From Vibrio vulnificus CMCP6 (lineage in GTDB: Bacteria; Pseudomonadota; Gammaproteobacteria; Enterobacterales; Vibrionaceae), in assembly GCF_000039765.1 (NCBI RefSeq), contig NC_004460.2, positions 1 through 32,000 on the forward strand: a stretch of 32,000 nucleotides of DNA. Direction: 5' to 3'. The notes below the pieces were generated by a model. The model saw nothing but the letters and a program-made list of their open reading frames with translations. It was not told where the DNA came from and ran no database searches. Below, in pieces: positions 1 to 9,943 of the stretch (position 1 is its first letter; every line of letters starts with the position of its first letter). Both the position numbers and the translations under genes were made by a program.

Positions 1-801
1 ATGGAAATGGGCGTCGATTGGTTAACTCTCAACGCGGCCGGTTTCTTTGATGCTGTCGCTTTCTTTTTGGAAAGCATCATTTTATTCGTCGTGGACCTGT
101 TTAAATGGATGCCGCCAGCGATGCCAATTATCGCTACAGCGCTGATCGCTTGGTTTCTGCATCGCAGTATTGGGTTAGTCCTCTTTGTGGTCTTGGCTCT
201 GCTGACCATTTTAAATCTTGGCTACTGGCAAGAAATGCTGGAAACCTTTGTTTTGGTCTTCGCCGCGACAACGATTTCCGTATTAATTGGTGTGCCGATT
301 GGGATCATGGCTGCGCATCGTCGTTGGATATACACCTTGCTAAGGCCAATACTTGACCTGATGCAAACCGTGCCGACTTTTGTTTACTTGATTCCTACTT
401 TGGTGTTATTTGGCTTGGGCATTGTACCTGGGCTTATCTCAACCATTATTTTTGCTATCGCCGCGCCGATACGTTTGACCTACCTCGGCATTACCAAAGT
501 GCCGGAAGAGTTGGTTGAAGCGGGCAAAGCTTTTGGCGCTAACCGGCTGAAGTTACTGCTTAAAGTAGAACTGCCTGCCGCTTTGCCTAGCATAATGGCC
601 GGTATTACTCAGTGCATTATGTTGTCGCTTTCTATGGTGGTGATTGCTGCGCTCGTTGGTGCGGATGGATTAGGCAAACCTGTGGTTCGCGCGCTCAACA
701 CAGTGAACATCGCTCAAGGTTTTGAAGCCGGTTTGGCGATCGTTCTGGTGGCGATAATTTTGGATCGCCTTTGTAAAACACCTCAGCAGAAGGAGGCCTA
801 A
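1..801 (+). CDS. Glycine betaine/choline/proline ABC transporter permease (ProW/ChoW-like), probably 5'-truncated by the window edge
   Basis: 266-aa ORF with the typical permease stretch 'VFAATTISVLIGVPIGIMAAHRRW...PILDLMQTVPTFVYLIPTLVLFGLGIVPG' and the EAA-type loop 'EAGKAFGANRLKLLLKVELPAALPSIMAGITQ'; directly followed by the cognate ATPase. The ORF begins at base 1, so the true start may lie upstream. Confidence 0.9.
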   Translation: MEMGVDWLTLNAAGFFDAVAFFLESIILFVVDLFKWMPPAMPIIATALIAWFLHRSIGLVLFVVLALLTILNLGYWQEMLETFVLVFAATTISVLIGVPIGIMAAHRRWIYTLLRPILDLMQTVPTFVYLIPTLVLFGLGIVPGLISTIIFAIAAPIRLTYLGITKVPEELVEAGKAFGANRLKLLLKVELPAALPSIMAGITQCIMLSLSMVVIAALVGADGLGKPVVRALNTVNIAQGFEAGLAIVLVAIILDRLCKTPQQKEA

Positions 802-803
802 TC

Positions 804-1997
804 ATGGATGCCATTACAATTGAGAATGTTGATGTGGTTTTTGGCGATAAGCCAGAGCACGCTTTGGCGCTGCTCGATCAAGGTAAAACGCGCCAAGAAA
901 TCATTGATGAAGCAGGCCAAGTGGTGGGGGTGAACAAGGTTTCTCTCTCAATCAAAGAAGGCGAAATCTGTGTGTTGATGGGTTTGTCCGGTTCAGGTAA
1001 GTCGAGCTTATTGAGAGCGGTGAACGGCTTGAACAGCATTTCTCGTGGGTCGTTGCGTATAAAAGATGGGGACCAACAGGTCGACCTAGCGCAATGTGAC
1101 GAAGCAACGTTAAGGCATTTACGAACGCATCGTGTTTCCATGGTTTTCCAAAAGTTTGCGCTGATGCCTTGGCTCACGGTGCTCGACAATGTTGCGTTTG
1201 GCCTAGAAATGCAAGGTATGGCGAAAAAGCAACGCCGTAAAAAAGCCAAAGAACAGCTTGAAATGGTGGGGCTTTCGGAATGGCAGGATAAGTATCCACA
1301 TGAACTGTCGGGAGGCATGCAGCAACGTGTTGGCCTAGCGAGAGCGTTCGCGATGGACACCGATATTCTCTTGATGGACGAACCTTTTTCCGCCCTAGAT
1401 CCGTTGATTCGCGCTCAGTTACAAGATGAGCTGATTCAACTGCAGAAAAAAATGAACAAAACCATTCTCTTTGTCAGCCATGATTTAGACGAAGCGCTAA
1501 AAATTGGCAACAATATTGCGATCATGGAATCCGGATGCTTGATACAGCATGGCGCGCCAGAAGAGATTGTGTTGTCTCCAGAAACCGATTATGTGAAGGA
1601 TTTCGTGGCCCACACCAATCCTCTCAATGTTCTGAAAGGTCGTACTTTGATGCTCAGCAAAGAATCATTGACGCAGACTGATGGCGCATGGCAAGTGTGT
1701 GGTAGGCAGGATTTGTGGTTGGAGCAGTCGGACCAGCAGATGACATTACGCAATTCAGATAAGCGCCTGCTGGCTTGGCCTTGTGAGCAGCAAGATCCTG
1801 TGGTTGATGACAATGTGCTTCTTGTCGCTTCACCCGATCTGGATATGCGCGAGATGATCGCGTTGAAAAAGAAAAATAGGCAGCCGATTTTGTTGGCAGA
1901 AGATGATCAATTTGTTGGCGTGCTCGATACGGAACATATCTATCAGGCATTGCTTGGAAACTACCAAAGCAGCGCATCGGCGAATGGCTTGGCGTAG
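804..1997 (+). CDS. Glycine betaine/choline ABC transporter ATP-binding protein (ProV/ChoV-like) with a C-terminal CBS-like region
   Basis: Walker A 'GLSGSGKSSLLRAVNG', signature 'LSGGMQQRVGLARAFA', Walker B 'ILLMDEPFSALDP', H-loop 'FVSHD'; starts 2 nt after the permease stop codon. Confidence 0.93.
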   Translation: MDAITIENVDVVFGDKPEHALALLDQGKTRQEIIDEAGQVVGVNKVSLSIKEGEICVLMGLSGSGKSSLLRAVNGLNSISRGSLRIKDGDQQVDLAQCDEATLRHLRTHRVSMVFQKFALMPWLTVLDNVAFGLEMQGMAKKQRRKKAKEQLEMVGLSEWQDKYPHELSGGMQQRVGLARAFAMDTDILLMDEPFSALDPLIRAQLQDELIQLQKKMNKTILFVSHDLDEALKIGNNIAIMESGCLIQHGAPEEIVLSPETDYVKDFVAHTNPLNVLKGRTLMLSKESLTQTDGAWQVCGRQDLWLEQSDQQMTLRNSDKRLLAWPCEQQDPVVDDNVLLVASPDLDMREMIALKKKNRQPILLAEDDQFVGVLDTEHIYQALLGNYQSSASANGLA

Positions 1998-2031
1998 TTT
2001 TTAGTGATACTCACTCAATAGCGGAGTAAGA

Positions 2032-2066
2032 AACCAAGATGGTTTGTCATGCAAACCATCTTGGTT
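2032..2066. terminator. Probable bidirectional Rho-independent terminator between convergent genes
   Basis: Perfect 15-bp inverted repeat AACCAAGATGGTTTG / CAAACCATCTTGGTT with 5-nt loop TCATG, followed by GTTTTG on + and TTCTTAC on -. Confidence 0.85.
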
Positions 2067-2079
2067 GTTTTGAAGGGGA

Positions 2080-2544
2080 CTAAGATTGTTGTTCCTTCAA
2101 CATCAATGCCTTACTGCGCTCAATTACACTGATTGCCACCGCAAGAAACAGAATATCTTTCACTAGGAAGAAGTTCGTGACCAAAATCCCATCTGAGACT
2201 TTCCACGCATTGGGTGTGGTGAGCAAAAAGCTCAGTGTTGCAACGAAAATAACGCTAGCTGCAATGCCAGACCAGTAACCAATCTGCGGTTTCTTCAGAC
2301 CGATAACCAAACCGATCGCAACAATAATTTCCGTTGCACCGATAAAGTTAGAGACCATTTGTACAGAGAAGAGGTTGTACAACCAACTCATTAATGGATG
2401 GTTCACGACTAAGGGTTCAATAAGCTTGGCTTCCGTTGGGGTAAACTTATAAACACCAATCCACAATAAAACCAATACCACCCCAAATACACCAAGAAGA
2501 TAGCCTAGGCCTTGTGCGCCTAAGTCAGTGTTTTGTTTTTTCAT
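2080..2544 (-). CDS. DUF417/YkgB-like inner-membrane protein
   Basis: Multi-TM ORF 'GVVLVLLWIGVYKFTPTEAKLIEPLVVNHPLMSWLYNLF...SNFIGATEIIVAIGLVIG'. The ORF track starts at 2562 on a TTG; ATG at 2544 (MKKQNTDLG) with upstream GGAGAA is the likelier start. Confidence 0.85.
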   Translation of the reverse strand: MKKQNTDLGAQGLGYLLGVFGVVLVLLWIGVYKFTPTEAKLIEPLVVNHPLMSWLYNLFSVQMVSNFIGATEIIVAIGLVIGLKKPQIGYWSGIAASVIFVATLSFLLTTPNAWKVSDGILVTNFFLVKDILFLAVAISVIERSKALMLKEQQS

Positions 2545-2684
2545 TTTGCTTTTTCTCCACAATAAATAGCATCAAGATGACCGAGGGTGGAGGAAAAAAA
2601 TTCTTCCTGTGAGGTGTTTTTATCAAATTAATTTGGCGGAATCGTCGTACTGTTTTTGTCTCTCGATATAGAGAACAAAAAAGC

Positions 2685-2695
2685 GCCACAATGGC
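2685..2695. repeat. Left target-site duplication of the IS4-family element
   Basis: GCCACAATGGC, identical to 4126-4136, directly abutting the left terminal repeat. Confidence 0.93.
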
Positions 2696-2789
2696 TAATG
2701 CCGATCAGTTAAGAGATAAATGATCGGTTGAACGATCCTGCAGATGGCTTATAAAGGCTCTAAGTTTCTAAAACTTTGAGCCTTTTATT

Positions 2790-4112
2790 TTGCAATTAAC
2801 TACAGCCCTAACACTCGCCAATCGTTATGCCCCCAATACTGAACAACTTGGAAAACTCAGTGACATTCTTTGCCCTGATTTCATCAACCAATGCTTAGAA
2901 GCTTCTGGTGTGGCCACTATTCGTAAACGTCGTATCCCTCTCGACATGGCCGTTTGGGCGGTCGTTGCTATGTCGCTTTACCGACAAGAGCCTTTGTGGT
3001 CAATTGTCTCCAAAGCGCAATTAATGTTGCCCGGGAAGCGAAGTCTGGTTGCCCCTAGTGCTATCGTTCAAGCGAGACAACGGCTCGGGGCTGATGCAAT
3101 GAAAGAAGTATTTCATCAAAGCCAGAGCTTATGGAATGAAACAGCTGACCATCCGACTTGGTGTGGATTAAAACTCCTCGCTGTCGATGGCGTGGTATGG
3201 CGAACGCCAGACACTAAGGAAAACCGTGATGCGTTTCAATCTGCGTCAAATCAGAATGGTGAAGGTAGCTTTCCTCAGGTGCGTATGGTTTGCCAGATGG
3301 AGTTGACCAGTCACATGCTGGTCGCCAGTGCTTTCGCGAGTTACAAAACCAATGAGATGATATTGGCGGAACAGTTGATTGAAACAACACCAGACTACAG
3401 CCTCACAATGTTCGACAGAGGTTTTTACTCTCTTAGCCTTCTTCATCGTTGGGCAAATACAGGTAATGAAAGGCATTGGCTAATGCCAATGCGCAAGAAT
3501 ACCCAATTTACTGAAGTTAGAAAGCTGGGTCGCAATGATCGGATTGTCGAACTCAAGACAACGCCTCAAGCGAGAAAGAAGTCCCTGTCACTACCTGAAA
3601 CCATCGAAGTTCGCCTGATAAAGAAAACTATCAAAGGGAAAGAAGTGAGTATCTTGACCTCGATGACTGATCATCGTCGTTATCCGCCAGCGGAAATAGC
3701 AGAGCTTTACAGTCATAGATGGGAAATCGAAGTGGGATATCGTGAAATGAAGTCTTCACTTCTGAACAACGAGTTCACACTGAGAAGCAAGAAGCCAGAG
3801 ATGGTAAAACAAGAACTATGGGGCTTATTACTTAGCTATAACATTATTAGATATCAGATGGTTAACATGGCTAAAGCTGTGCCAGGCATCTACCCCAACC
3901 AACTGAGCTTCACAACGTGTGCTCACTCTATCATTCACGTAATTTTGGGGTTCTGGTTGGAGTCAGCGGGAACAATCCCTAAGCGCATTACTCACTTGCA
4001 AGAGGAGGCGATACACCATGTCTTGTCCATTAAACGAGAAGAGCGGATATATCCGAGAGCAATAAAACCAAAGGCAAAGAAATACCCCAATAAAAAAAGC
4101 CAGTCAGCTTAA
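2790..4112 (+). CDS. IS4-family DDE transposase
   Basis: 440-aa intact ORF; Y-x2-R-x3-E-x6-K signature in '[15 protein letters not shown]'; DDE context '[13 protein letters not shown]' and 'MFDRGFYS'. Confidence 0.95.
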   Translation: MQLTTALTLANRYAPNTEQLGKLSDILCPDFINQCLEASGVATIRKRRIPLDMAVWAVVAMSLYRQEPLWSIVSKAQLMLPGKRSLVAPSAIVQARQRLGADAMKEVFHQSQSLWNETADHPTWCGLKLLAVDGVVWRTPDTKENRDAFQSASNQNGEGSFPQVRMVCQMELTSHMLVASAFASYKTNEMILAEQLIETTPDYSLTMFDRGFYSLSLLHRWANTGNERHWLMPMRKNTQFTEVRKLGRNDRIVELKTTPQARKKSLSLPETIEVRLIKKTIKGKEVSILTSMTDHRRYPPAEIAELYSHRWEIEVGYREMKSSLLNNEFTLRSKKPEMVKQELWGLLLSYNIIRYQMVNMAKAVPGIYPNQLSFTTCAHSIIHVILGFWLESAGTIPKRITHLQEEAIHHVLSIKREERIYPRAIKPKAKKYPNKKSQSA

Positions 4113-4121
4113 CTGACTGGC
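4092..4121 (-). terminator. Rho-independent terminator inside the right end of the IS, oriented against transcripts entering from ppsA
   Basis: GCCAGTCAG (4099-4107) / CTGACTGGC (4113-4121), 9-bp perfect stem with 5-nt loop; 7 A's at 4092-4098 give a 7-T tract on the minus strand. Confidence 0.82.
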
Positions 4122-4125
4122 ATTA

Positions 4126-4136
4126 GCCACAATGGC
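4126..4136. repeat. Right target-site duplication of the IS4-family element
   Basis: GCCACAATGGC, identical to 2685-2695. Confidence 0.93.
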
Positions 4137-4162
4137 GCTTTTTTATTAGGTAGAGGGAGCGT

Positions 4163-6535
4163 TTACTTATGGTTCGCTTTGCCCAATTGAATCCAAGTAT
4201 CGATCACCGTATCTGGATTGAGCGAGACGGAGCTGATGCCTTGTTCCATCAACCACTCAGCGAAATCTTCATGGTCTGATGGGCCTTGTCCACAAATACC
4301 GACGTATTTGCCCGCTTTGGTTGCGGCATCAATCGCCATTTTCAGCATCGCTTTCACGGCTGGGTTACGCTCATCAAACAGATGTGCGACATCACCAGAG
4401 TCACGATCTAGGCCCAAGGTCAGTTGCGTCATGTCGTTTGAACCGATCGAGAAACCATCAAAGTACTTGAGGAACTCATCGGCCAACACGGCATTGGAAG
4501 GCAGTTCGCACATCATGATCACTTTTAACCCTTGCTCGCCACGGCGAAGATCGAACTTCGCAAGTAGGTCAACCACCTGAGCCGCTTCACTTGGCGTGCG
4601 AACAAATGGAATCATGATTTCGACGTTCTTCAAGCCCATCTCATTGCGAACGCGCTTGATCGCTTGAGTTTCAAGCTCGAAGCAATCTTCAAACACTGGA
4701 GAGATATAGCGTGAAGCACCACGGAAACCGAGCATCGGGTTCTCCTCATGTGGCTCATAGGCTTTACCGCCGACCAAGTTACTGTACTCGTTAGACTTAA
4801 AGTCGGACATACGCACGATCACGCGTTTTGGCCAGAAAGCCGAGGCGATGGTAGCAATCCCTTCCGTCAACTTGCTGACGTAGAAGTCGATAGGGTCTTG
4901 GTAACCACGAATGCGTTGGGTGATTTCGGCCTTCAAGCTTTCCGATTGTTGGTCGAAGTTAAGCAGCGCTTTCGGGTGAATACCAATCATCTTGTTGATG
5001 ATGAATTCAAGGCGAGCAAGACCGACGCCTTCGTTCGGGATTTGCGCGAAATCGAATGCGCGATCTGGGTTGCCGACGTTCATCATCACTTTAGTTGGCA
5101 GCATCGGCAGTTCATCAACCGATGAGCGGCGCACTTCAAAATCGAGTTGGCCTTGGTAGACATAACCGGTTTCGCCTTCTGCGCAGGAGACAGTGACCAA
5201 GTCACCATCTGTCAGTTGGCTGGTGGCATTGCCACAACCCACGATGGCCGGAATACCGAGTTCGCGCGCAATGATCGCTGCGTGGCACGTACGGCCACCA
5301 CGGTTAGTGACAATCGCTGAGGCTTTCTTCATCACAGGCTCCCAATCTGGGTCTGTCATGTCCGTGACAAGAACATCGCCTGTTTGAACCAAAGACATTT
5401 GATCCAATGAATCCACCAAACGCACCACACCAGAACCAATGCGTTGACCAATGGCTCGGCCTTCAATCAGTACTTCCGCTTTGTGGCTCAATTCATAGCG
5501 CTCGATGACGTTAGCGTCAGACTGAGAGCAGACCGTCTCAGGACGAGCCTGCACAATGTAAAGCTGACCATCAATGCCATCTTTGGCCCATTCAATGTCC
5601 ATTGGGCGTTGGTAGTGCTTCTCAATGATCATCGCTTGCTTGGCCAGTTCAACGATTTCAGCGTCGGTGAGGGAAAACTGGTTACGCTCAGCCTCTGAGG
5701 TATCGACAATCTCAACTTGCTTACCAATCACTTGGCTGTTGGCGTAGATCATCTTACTCAGTTTGGAACCAAAGGTTTTCTTCACAATGGGGGCTTGGCC
5801 CGCTTCAAGCAGCGGTTTGTGCACGTAGAACTCATCAGGGTTCACCGCACCTTGCACGACCATTTCACCTAAGCCCCAAGCAGAAGTGATAAACACCACT
5901 TTGTCGAAGCCAGATTCGGTATCCAGCGTAAACATCACGCCCGAAGCGGCTTTGTCTGAACGTACCATGCGCTGAATGCCCGCCGAAAGCGCAATGCCTC
6001 GGTGGTCAAATCCTTGATGGACGCGATACGAAATCGCGCGATCGTTAAATAAGGATGCATAAACGTGTTTCGTTGCTTCTAATACCGCATCGATACCACG
6101 TACGTTAAGGAAGGTTTCTTGTTGACCAGCAAACGACGCGTCGGGGAGATCTTCCGCGGTCGCAGAAGAGCGGACCGCGACAGAAATTTCATCGTTTCCA
6201 TCGGTCAGTGTTGAGTAATTTTCACGGATGTCCTGCTCGAGGTCAGCAGGGAATGGGGCTTCTAAAACCCATTGACGAATCGTTGCGCCTGTCTTACGCA
6301 GAGCGTCCACATCATCGACATCCAGTTCATCCAGCAGTTGGTGGATACGCTCATCCAGTCCTTCGTAGTCAAGGAACTGGTTAAAAGCGTATGAGGTTGT
6401 CGCAAAACCGTTAGGTACCGACACACCAGCATTGGCGAGGTTAGACACCATTTCGCCAAGAGATGCGTTCTTACCGCCGACCTTATCGACATCTTCCATG
6501 GATAGGCTATTGAACCAGAGGGTGTTCTTTTGCAT
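4163..6535 (-). CDS. ppsA: Phosphoenolpyruvate synthase
   Basis: '[15 protein letters not shown]', swivelling-domain motif '[21 protein letters not shown]', C-terminal '[34 protein letters not shown]'. The ORF track starts at 6619; ATG at 6535 ([12 protein letters not shown]) preceded by GGAGAAAG is likelier. Confidence 0.97.
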   Translation of the reverse strand: MQKNTLWFNSLSMEDVDKVGGKNASLGEMVSNLANAGVSVPNGFATTSYAFNQFLDYEGLDERIHQLLDELDVDDVDALRKTGATIRQWVLEAPFPADLEQDIRENYSTLTDGNDEISVAVRSSATAEDLPDASFAGQQETFLNVRGIDAVLEATKHVYASLFNDRAISYRVHQGFDHRGIALSAGIQRMVRSDKAASGVMFTLDTESGFDKVVFITSAWGLGEMVVQGAVNPDEFYVHKPLLEAGQAPIVKKTFGSKLSKMIYANSQVIGKQVEIVDTSEAERNQFSLTDAEIVELAKQAMIIEKHYQRPMDIEWAKDGIDGQLYIVQARPETVCSQSDANVIERYELSHKAEVLIEGRAIGQRIGSGVVRLVDSLDQMSLVQTGDVLVTDMTDPDWEPVMKKASAIVTNRGGRTCHAAIIARELGIPAIVGCGNATSQLTDGDLVTVSCAEGETGYVYQGQLDFEVRRSSVDELPMLPTKVMMNVGNPDRAFDFAQIPNEGVGLARLEFIINKMIGIHPKALLNFDQQSESLKAEITQRIRGYQDPIDFYVSKLTEGIATIASAFWPKRVIVRMSDFKSNEYSNLVGGKAYEPHEENPMLGFRGASRYISPVFEDCFELETQAIKRVRNEMGLKNVEIMIPFVRTPSEAAQVVDLLAKFDLRRGEQGLKVIMMCELPSNAVLADEFLKYFDGFSIGSNDMTQLTLGLDRDSGDVAHLFDERNPAVKAMLKMAIDAATKAGKYVGICGQGPSDHEDFAEWLMEQGISSVSLNPDTVIDTWIQLGKANHK

Positions 6536-6708
6536 GTCTTTCTCCAGAAACATTGCAGCTTTCGTAGGGATAGGCAAACGATTACGCGAAGGCTCAAAAA
6601 AAGAGAAATCAATTTTCAAAGCTGTGGGGCACGTAATGGCATGCCTGGGTTTATTATTTGTATTATGGTTAACATCCTACTCAAAATATTTTTAAGTTTT
6701 AAACAAAA

Positions 6709-7542
6709 ATGCAAACAGAAAAGCAAAGTCGTGATGTGTTCTACGTTTCTGACGGAACGGCAATTACCTGTGAAACGTTAGGGCACGTCGTTTTGGGGCA
6801 GTTCCCCTTTGTGGCCAATGAGAAAACCTTTCCATTCGTCGAAAGTGAAGAGAAACTCACTGAATTAATCAAACACATTGAAATTTCATTCCAAACCAAT
6901 GGGATAAAACCTCTGGTGTTCTTTTCTTTGGTGTTGCCCGATCTCAAAGCGCGTTTAATGGAGTCTCCGGCGTATTGCTACGATGTGTTGGAAAGCATTG
7001 TGCAGCGGGTGAAAGATGATATCCAAATGGAACCGACGCCAAAGTTGCAACGCTCGCGCAGTGTCGGAAAAGACACCGATACCTATTTTGATCGTATTGC
7101 GGCGATTGAGTACACCTTGGCGCACGACGATGGCATTTCGCTAAAAGGTTTAGAGCTGGCGGACATTATTTTGCTGGGCGTTTCACGCAGTGGCAAAACA
7201 CCCACCAGTTTATACATGGCGATGCAGTTTGGTTTGCGGGTGGTGAATTACCCTTATATTGATGACGACATCAAGGGGCTGAAACTGTTACCGGAGTTTG
7301 AAATTCATCGTCATAAATTGTTTGGTTTGACGATTGATCCCGAGCGGTTGACCGAGATTCGCGAAAACCGTTTGGCGGGCAGTGATTACGCTAGCACCGA
7401 GCAGTGTCAGCATGAACTGGCCAATGTTGAAGCCTTGTTCAGGCGTGAAGCCATTCCGTATATCAATACGACATCGCTGTCTGTTGAAGAGATTTCGACC
7501 AGAGTGCTTGAAAAAACGGGCTTAAAGCGCCGCTTGTTCTAA
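6709..7542 (+). CDS. ppsR: PEP synthase regulatory protein (kinase/pyrophosphorylase, DUF299 family)
   Basis: '[25 protein letters not shown]', P-loop-like '[20 protein letters not shown]'; divergent from ppsA, the known neighbourhood. Confidence 0.95.
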   Translation: MQTEKQSRDVFYVSDGTAITCETLGHVVLGQFPFVANEKTFPFVESEEKLTELIKHIEISFQTNGIKPLVFFSLVLPDLKARLMESPAYCYDVLESIVQRVKDDIQMEPTPKLQRSRSVGKDTDTYFDRIAAIEYTLAHDDGISLKGLELADIILLGVSRSGKTPTSLYMAMQFGLRVVNYPYIDDDIKGLKLLPEFEIHRHKLFGLTIDPERLTEIRENRLAGSDYASTEQCQHELANVEALFRREAIPYINTTSLSVEEISTRVLEKTGLKRRLF

Positions 7543-7586
7543 GCAGACTCTAGGAACGTGCAACCCAAAAAGGAACAAGAAACAGG

Positions 7587-8600
7587 ATGAACCAAGCGAT
7601 AACCGCCCCAGAGACGCTAATAGATGGCCAAGGCCAGCCACGCTATGGTCATTTTGAACAGATGGTCCGTGAGTTAGCGCCGGAGCAGTTTGATTACCGT
7701 AATGTGATGGATAAATCGGCCAGTAAATTGGCGCGTTATTTCCACTACAAACAATTTCAGTTTGTCAGTGTTGTGAGCGAACGTTATCTCATTGGTATGG
7801 CGATCGCAGACATTCGCTATCTCTGTTCGGCATTTTGCTATGTGGTTGACCTTGAAACGGTTCAGTTGGTTGAGCAAAACTGGCTACGGCCGCTGTTTTT
7901 CGATAGTAGCATGCAGGCTTCGCCCTATGAGGGGAAAGCGCATATTGCCAATCAAGCGCTCATGTTTGACATCAAACAAGGCCAGTGGCGAGTCGTGCTC
8001 AATACCAAATGGGTGAAGGCCAATATGGTATTGCTGGTAGAAAACAACGAACGGCCGTTAGCCATGTGTACGCCTACCGGCTATCAAGGTTGGACTTACA
8101 CACAAAAGCACAACGCGCTCAAGGTGGGTGGTGAGTTAAGCGTGTTCGGCAAAGCCGTTGAGCTTAAAACCGCCTTGGCAGGGTATGACTTTTCTGCGGG
8201 GTATATGCGCAGAGAAACCAGTTGGCGTTGGGCGAGCATTAACACTCAGCAGCAGGGCATTCGCCTAGGCTTGAATCTCGCGGCAGGGGTGAACGAGACC
8301 GGAGGTTGTGAAAACGTACTTTGGGTTGAGGGAGAGCGGCATTTTCTTCCAGCGGTCTATTTCGATTTTGATCGTTTGAAGCCAAACGACGCTTGGCGTA
8401 TATACAGTGCAGACAAACGCATTGATCTGACGTTTACCCCCATGAACTGCCGAAAAGAAAAGCTCAACTTGCTGGTGCTCAAAAGTAACTTTCGCCAATT
8501 TGTTGGCCATTTCGACGGTGTGCTCAAAGGCGATGATGGTGCCGAGCACCGATTGGAAAACGTACTGGGTTTAACCGAAGATCACTTTGCCTGCTGGTGA
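7587..8600 (+). CDS. DUF2804 domain-containing protein
   Basis: 337-aa ORF 'LSVFGKAVELKTALAGYDFSAGYMRRETSWRWAS...LGLNLAAGVNETGGCENVLWVEG...WRIYSADKRIDLTFTPMNCRKEKLNLLVLKSNFRQFVGHFDGVL', matching my recollection of DUF2804. Confidence 0.75.
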   Translation: MNQAITAPETLIDGQGQPRYGHFEQMVRELAPEQFDYRNVMDKSASKLARYFHYKQFQFVSVVSERYLIGMAIADIRYLCSAFCYVVDLETVQLVEQNWLRPLFFDSSMQASPYEGKAHIANQALMFDIKQGQWRVVLNTKWVKANMVLLVENNERPLAMCTPTGYQGWTYTQKHNALKVGGELSVFGKAVELKTALAGYDFSAGYMRRETSWRWASINTQQQGIRLGLNLAAGVNETGGCENVLWVEGERHFLPAVYFDFDRLKPNDAWRIYSADKRIDLTFTPMNCRKEKLNLLVLKSNFRQFVGHFDGVLKGDDGAEHRLENVLGLTEDHFACW

Positions 8601-8621
8601 GAGGCTTAAGAGGCAGTAAAA

Positions 8622-8643
8622 CCCGCCACAGTGGTGTGGCGGG
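8622..8643 (-). terminator. Rho-independent terminator for the minus-strand metalloprotease gene
   Basis: 9-bp perfect stem CCCGCCACA-GTGG-TGTGGCGGG followed by TTTT on the minus strand. Confidence 0.75.
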
Positions 8644-8666
8644 TGGAGATATAACGAAGTCGGGGT

Positions 8667-9896
8667 CTACTTAAACAGCAGCTCTACTTCTTTGATGATG
8701 CCAGTGTCTTTTTCGTAGTCGTCTGAGACAAGTACTTTCCATTGGCCCAGCACATCACTCTTTTCAACATCATTGAGCGTGAAAAGAACATGGTAGCGAT
8801 TACCACGATCACGACCATTGCTCTCTTTTAGTGACCACTGTTTGCCAGAAGGAGCCACTAGAGAGACAGAAACATCGCCAATAAACTGATGCTCGATGTT
8901 GACGCGAATGGTGGCTTTCGTTAACTCACCTTGATAATTCACATCAAAAGGTAGCTCGAGTTGCGTTGCATCGGGCAAGGCGCGTGGCGATTCAAGCAAG
9001 TATTGATTTTTACCTGTTGTAGCGGTTGGTGGCGTTACGGTGTCTGTTGTGCCGTCATCTGGAGTCGCTGTTTTTGAAGCGTAAATACTCGCGACGTGCG
9101 GTGCACTCAAGCCAATAGCACGTACGGCGTTCGCGTAATCTTTCTTACCGCAAGGTGTGCCTTCACACTGCTTGTCTGGTGTAGAGAAAGTGTACGAGCG
9201 ACCACGAACGCCAAACAAGAAGCCGTAAGCCATGGTGGTGGCAAACTTGTTTTTTACGCCATAACCATACGCATCTTTTTCCGTGCCGTTTCTGAAATGC
9301 GGCGTATTGGAATATTGCTCGTGCGCGTGGTTTAAGCCCCAGTTGTGGCCGAGTTCGTGGATAAAGGTGTCATCGCCACACTGGTTCATGTAGGAATGGC
9401 TGTACATGCGACTTTTGGCATAGCGGGGGTTAGAGCGCCAATTAGACGCTGGGATCACCCATGCTAGACCACAGCTGATGAGGCCTTCTTTGGCATCGTA
9501 ATCTGGTGTGTTCTTGAGATCGAGGTTACGGAACATCGCGACCATATCTGCACCCGCTTTCTTTCGCTCACTTTCGATATCGCTAAAAATAGGATCTTGG
9601 GCACGGCTTGGCGTCATGGCATCGAGCGCTTGTTCTTGCGATTTCTTCATACCCGCTTGCGAGTCAAAGTTGTATTCTTTTGTTGCTACAAGATTCACCT
9701 TAATATCAAGGCCACTGTTTTTTAATATAAGGTTTCCCACGTTGAAACGATGTTGAATCGCAGCAAGTTGATCTTGTTCAAACCATTCAGATGTCGCTTT
9801 TGTATACACGCCTAGCACATCAATTTGCGTTGTTTCAGCCACTGCAGGCACAGCAATGCCTGACGCTATGGCAAACGCCAATAACGTTCTTTTCAT
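8667..9896 (-). CDS. Secreted reprolysin-like zinc metalloprotease with a C-terminal P-domain
   Basis: Signal peptide MKRTLLAFAIASGIAVPAVA; metzincin zinc site 'HELGHNWGLNH'; C-terminal 'INVRVNIEHQFIGDVSVSLVAPSGKQWSLKESNGRDRGN...' type P/Homo B fold (read as 'ATIRVNIEHQFIGDVSVSLVAPSGKQW' in the ORF). Confidence 0.88.
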   Translation of the reverse strand: MKRTLLAFAIASGIAVPAVAETTQIDVLGVYTKATSEWFEQDQLAAIQHRFNVGNLILKNSGLDIKVNLVATKEYNFDSQAGMKKSQEQALDAMTPSRAQDPIFSDIESERKKAGADMVAMFRNLDLKNTPDYDAKEGLISCGLAWVIPASNWRSNPRYAKSRMYSHSYMNQCGDDTFIHELGHNWGLNHAHEQYSNTPHFRNGTEKDAYGYGVKNKFATTMAYGFLFGVRGRSYTFSTPDKQCEGTPCGKKDYANAVRAIGLSAPHVASIYASKTATPDDGTTDTVTPPTATTGKNQYLLESPRALPDATQLELPFDVNYQGELTKATIRVNIEHQFIGDVSVSLVAPSGKQWSLKESNGRDRGNRYHVLFTLNDVEKSDVLGQWKVLVSDDYEKDTGIIKEVELLFK

Positions 9897-9943
9897 ATTT
9901 ATTTCCTACTTGGTTGTGTTTGTAAAACTAATTGATAGAGGTG

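Larger units (their letters stand above)
2696..4125 (+). mobile_element. Complete IS4-family insertion sequence (about 1430 bp)
   Basis: Left end TAATGCCGATCAGTTAAG (2696-2713) versus reverse complement of right end TAATGCCAGTCAGTTAAG (4108-4125), 16/18 identical and resembling canonical IS4 ends; 11-bp direct duplication GCCACAATGGC on both sides; one full-length transposase inside. Confidence 0.95.

Noticed and set aside
3246-3476. Antisense ORF within the IS4 transposase
   Set aside because: 76 aa, no domain and no initiation signals; IS4-family elements normally encode a single transposase.
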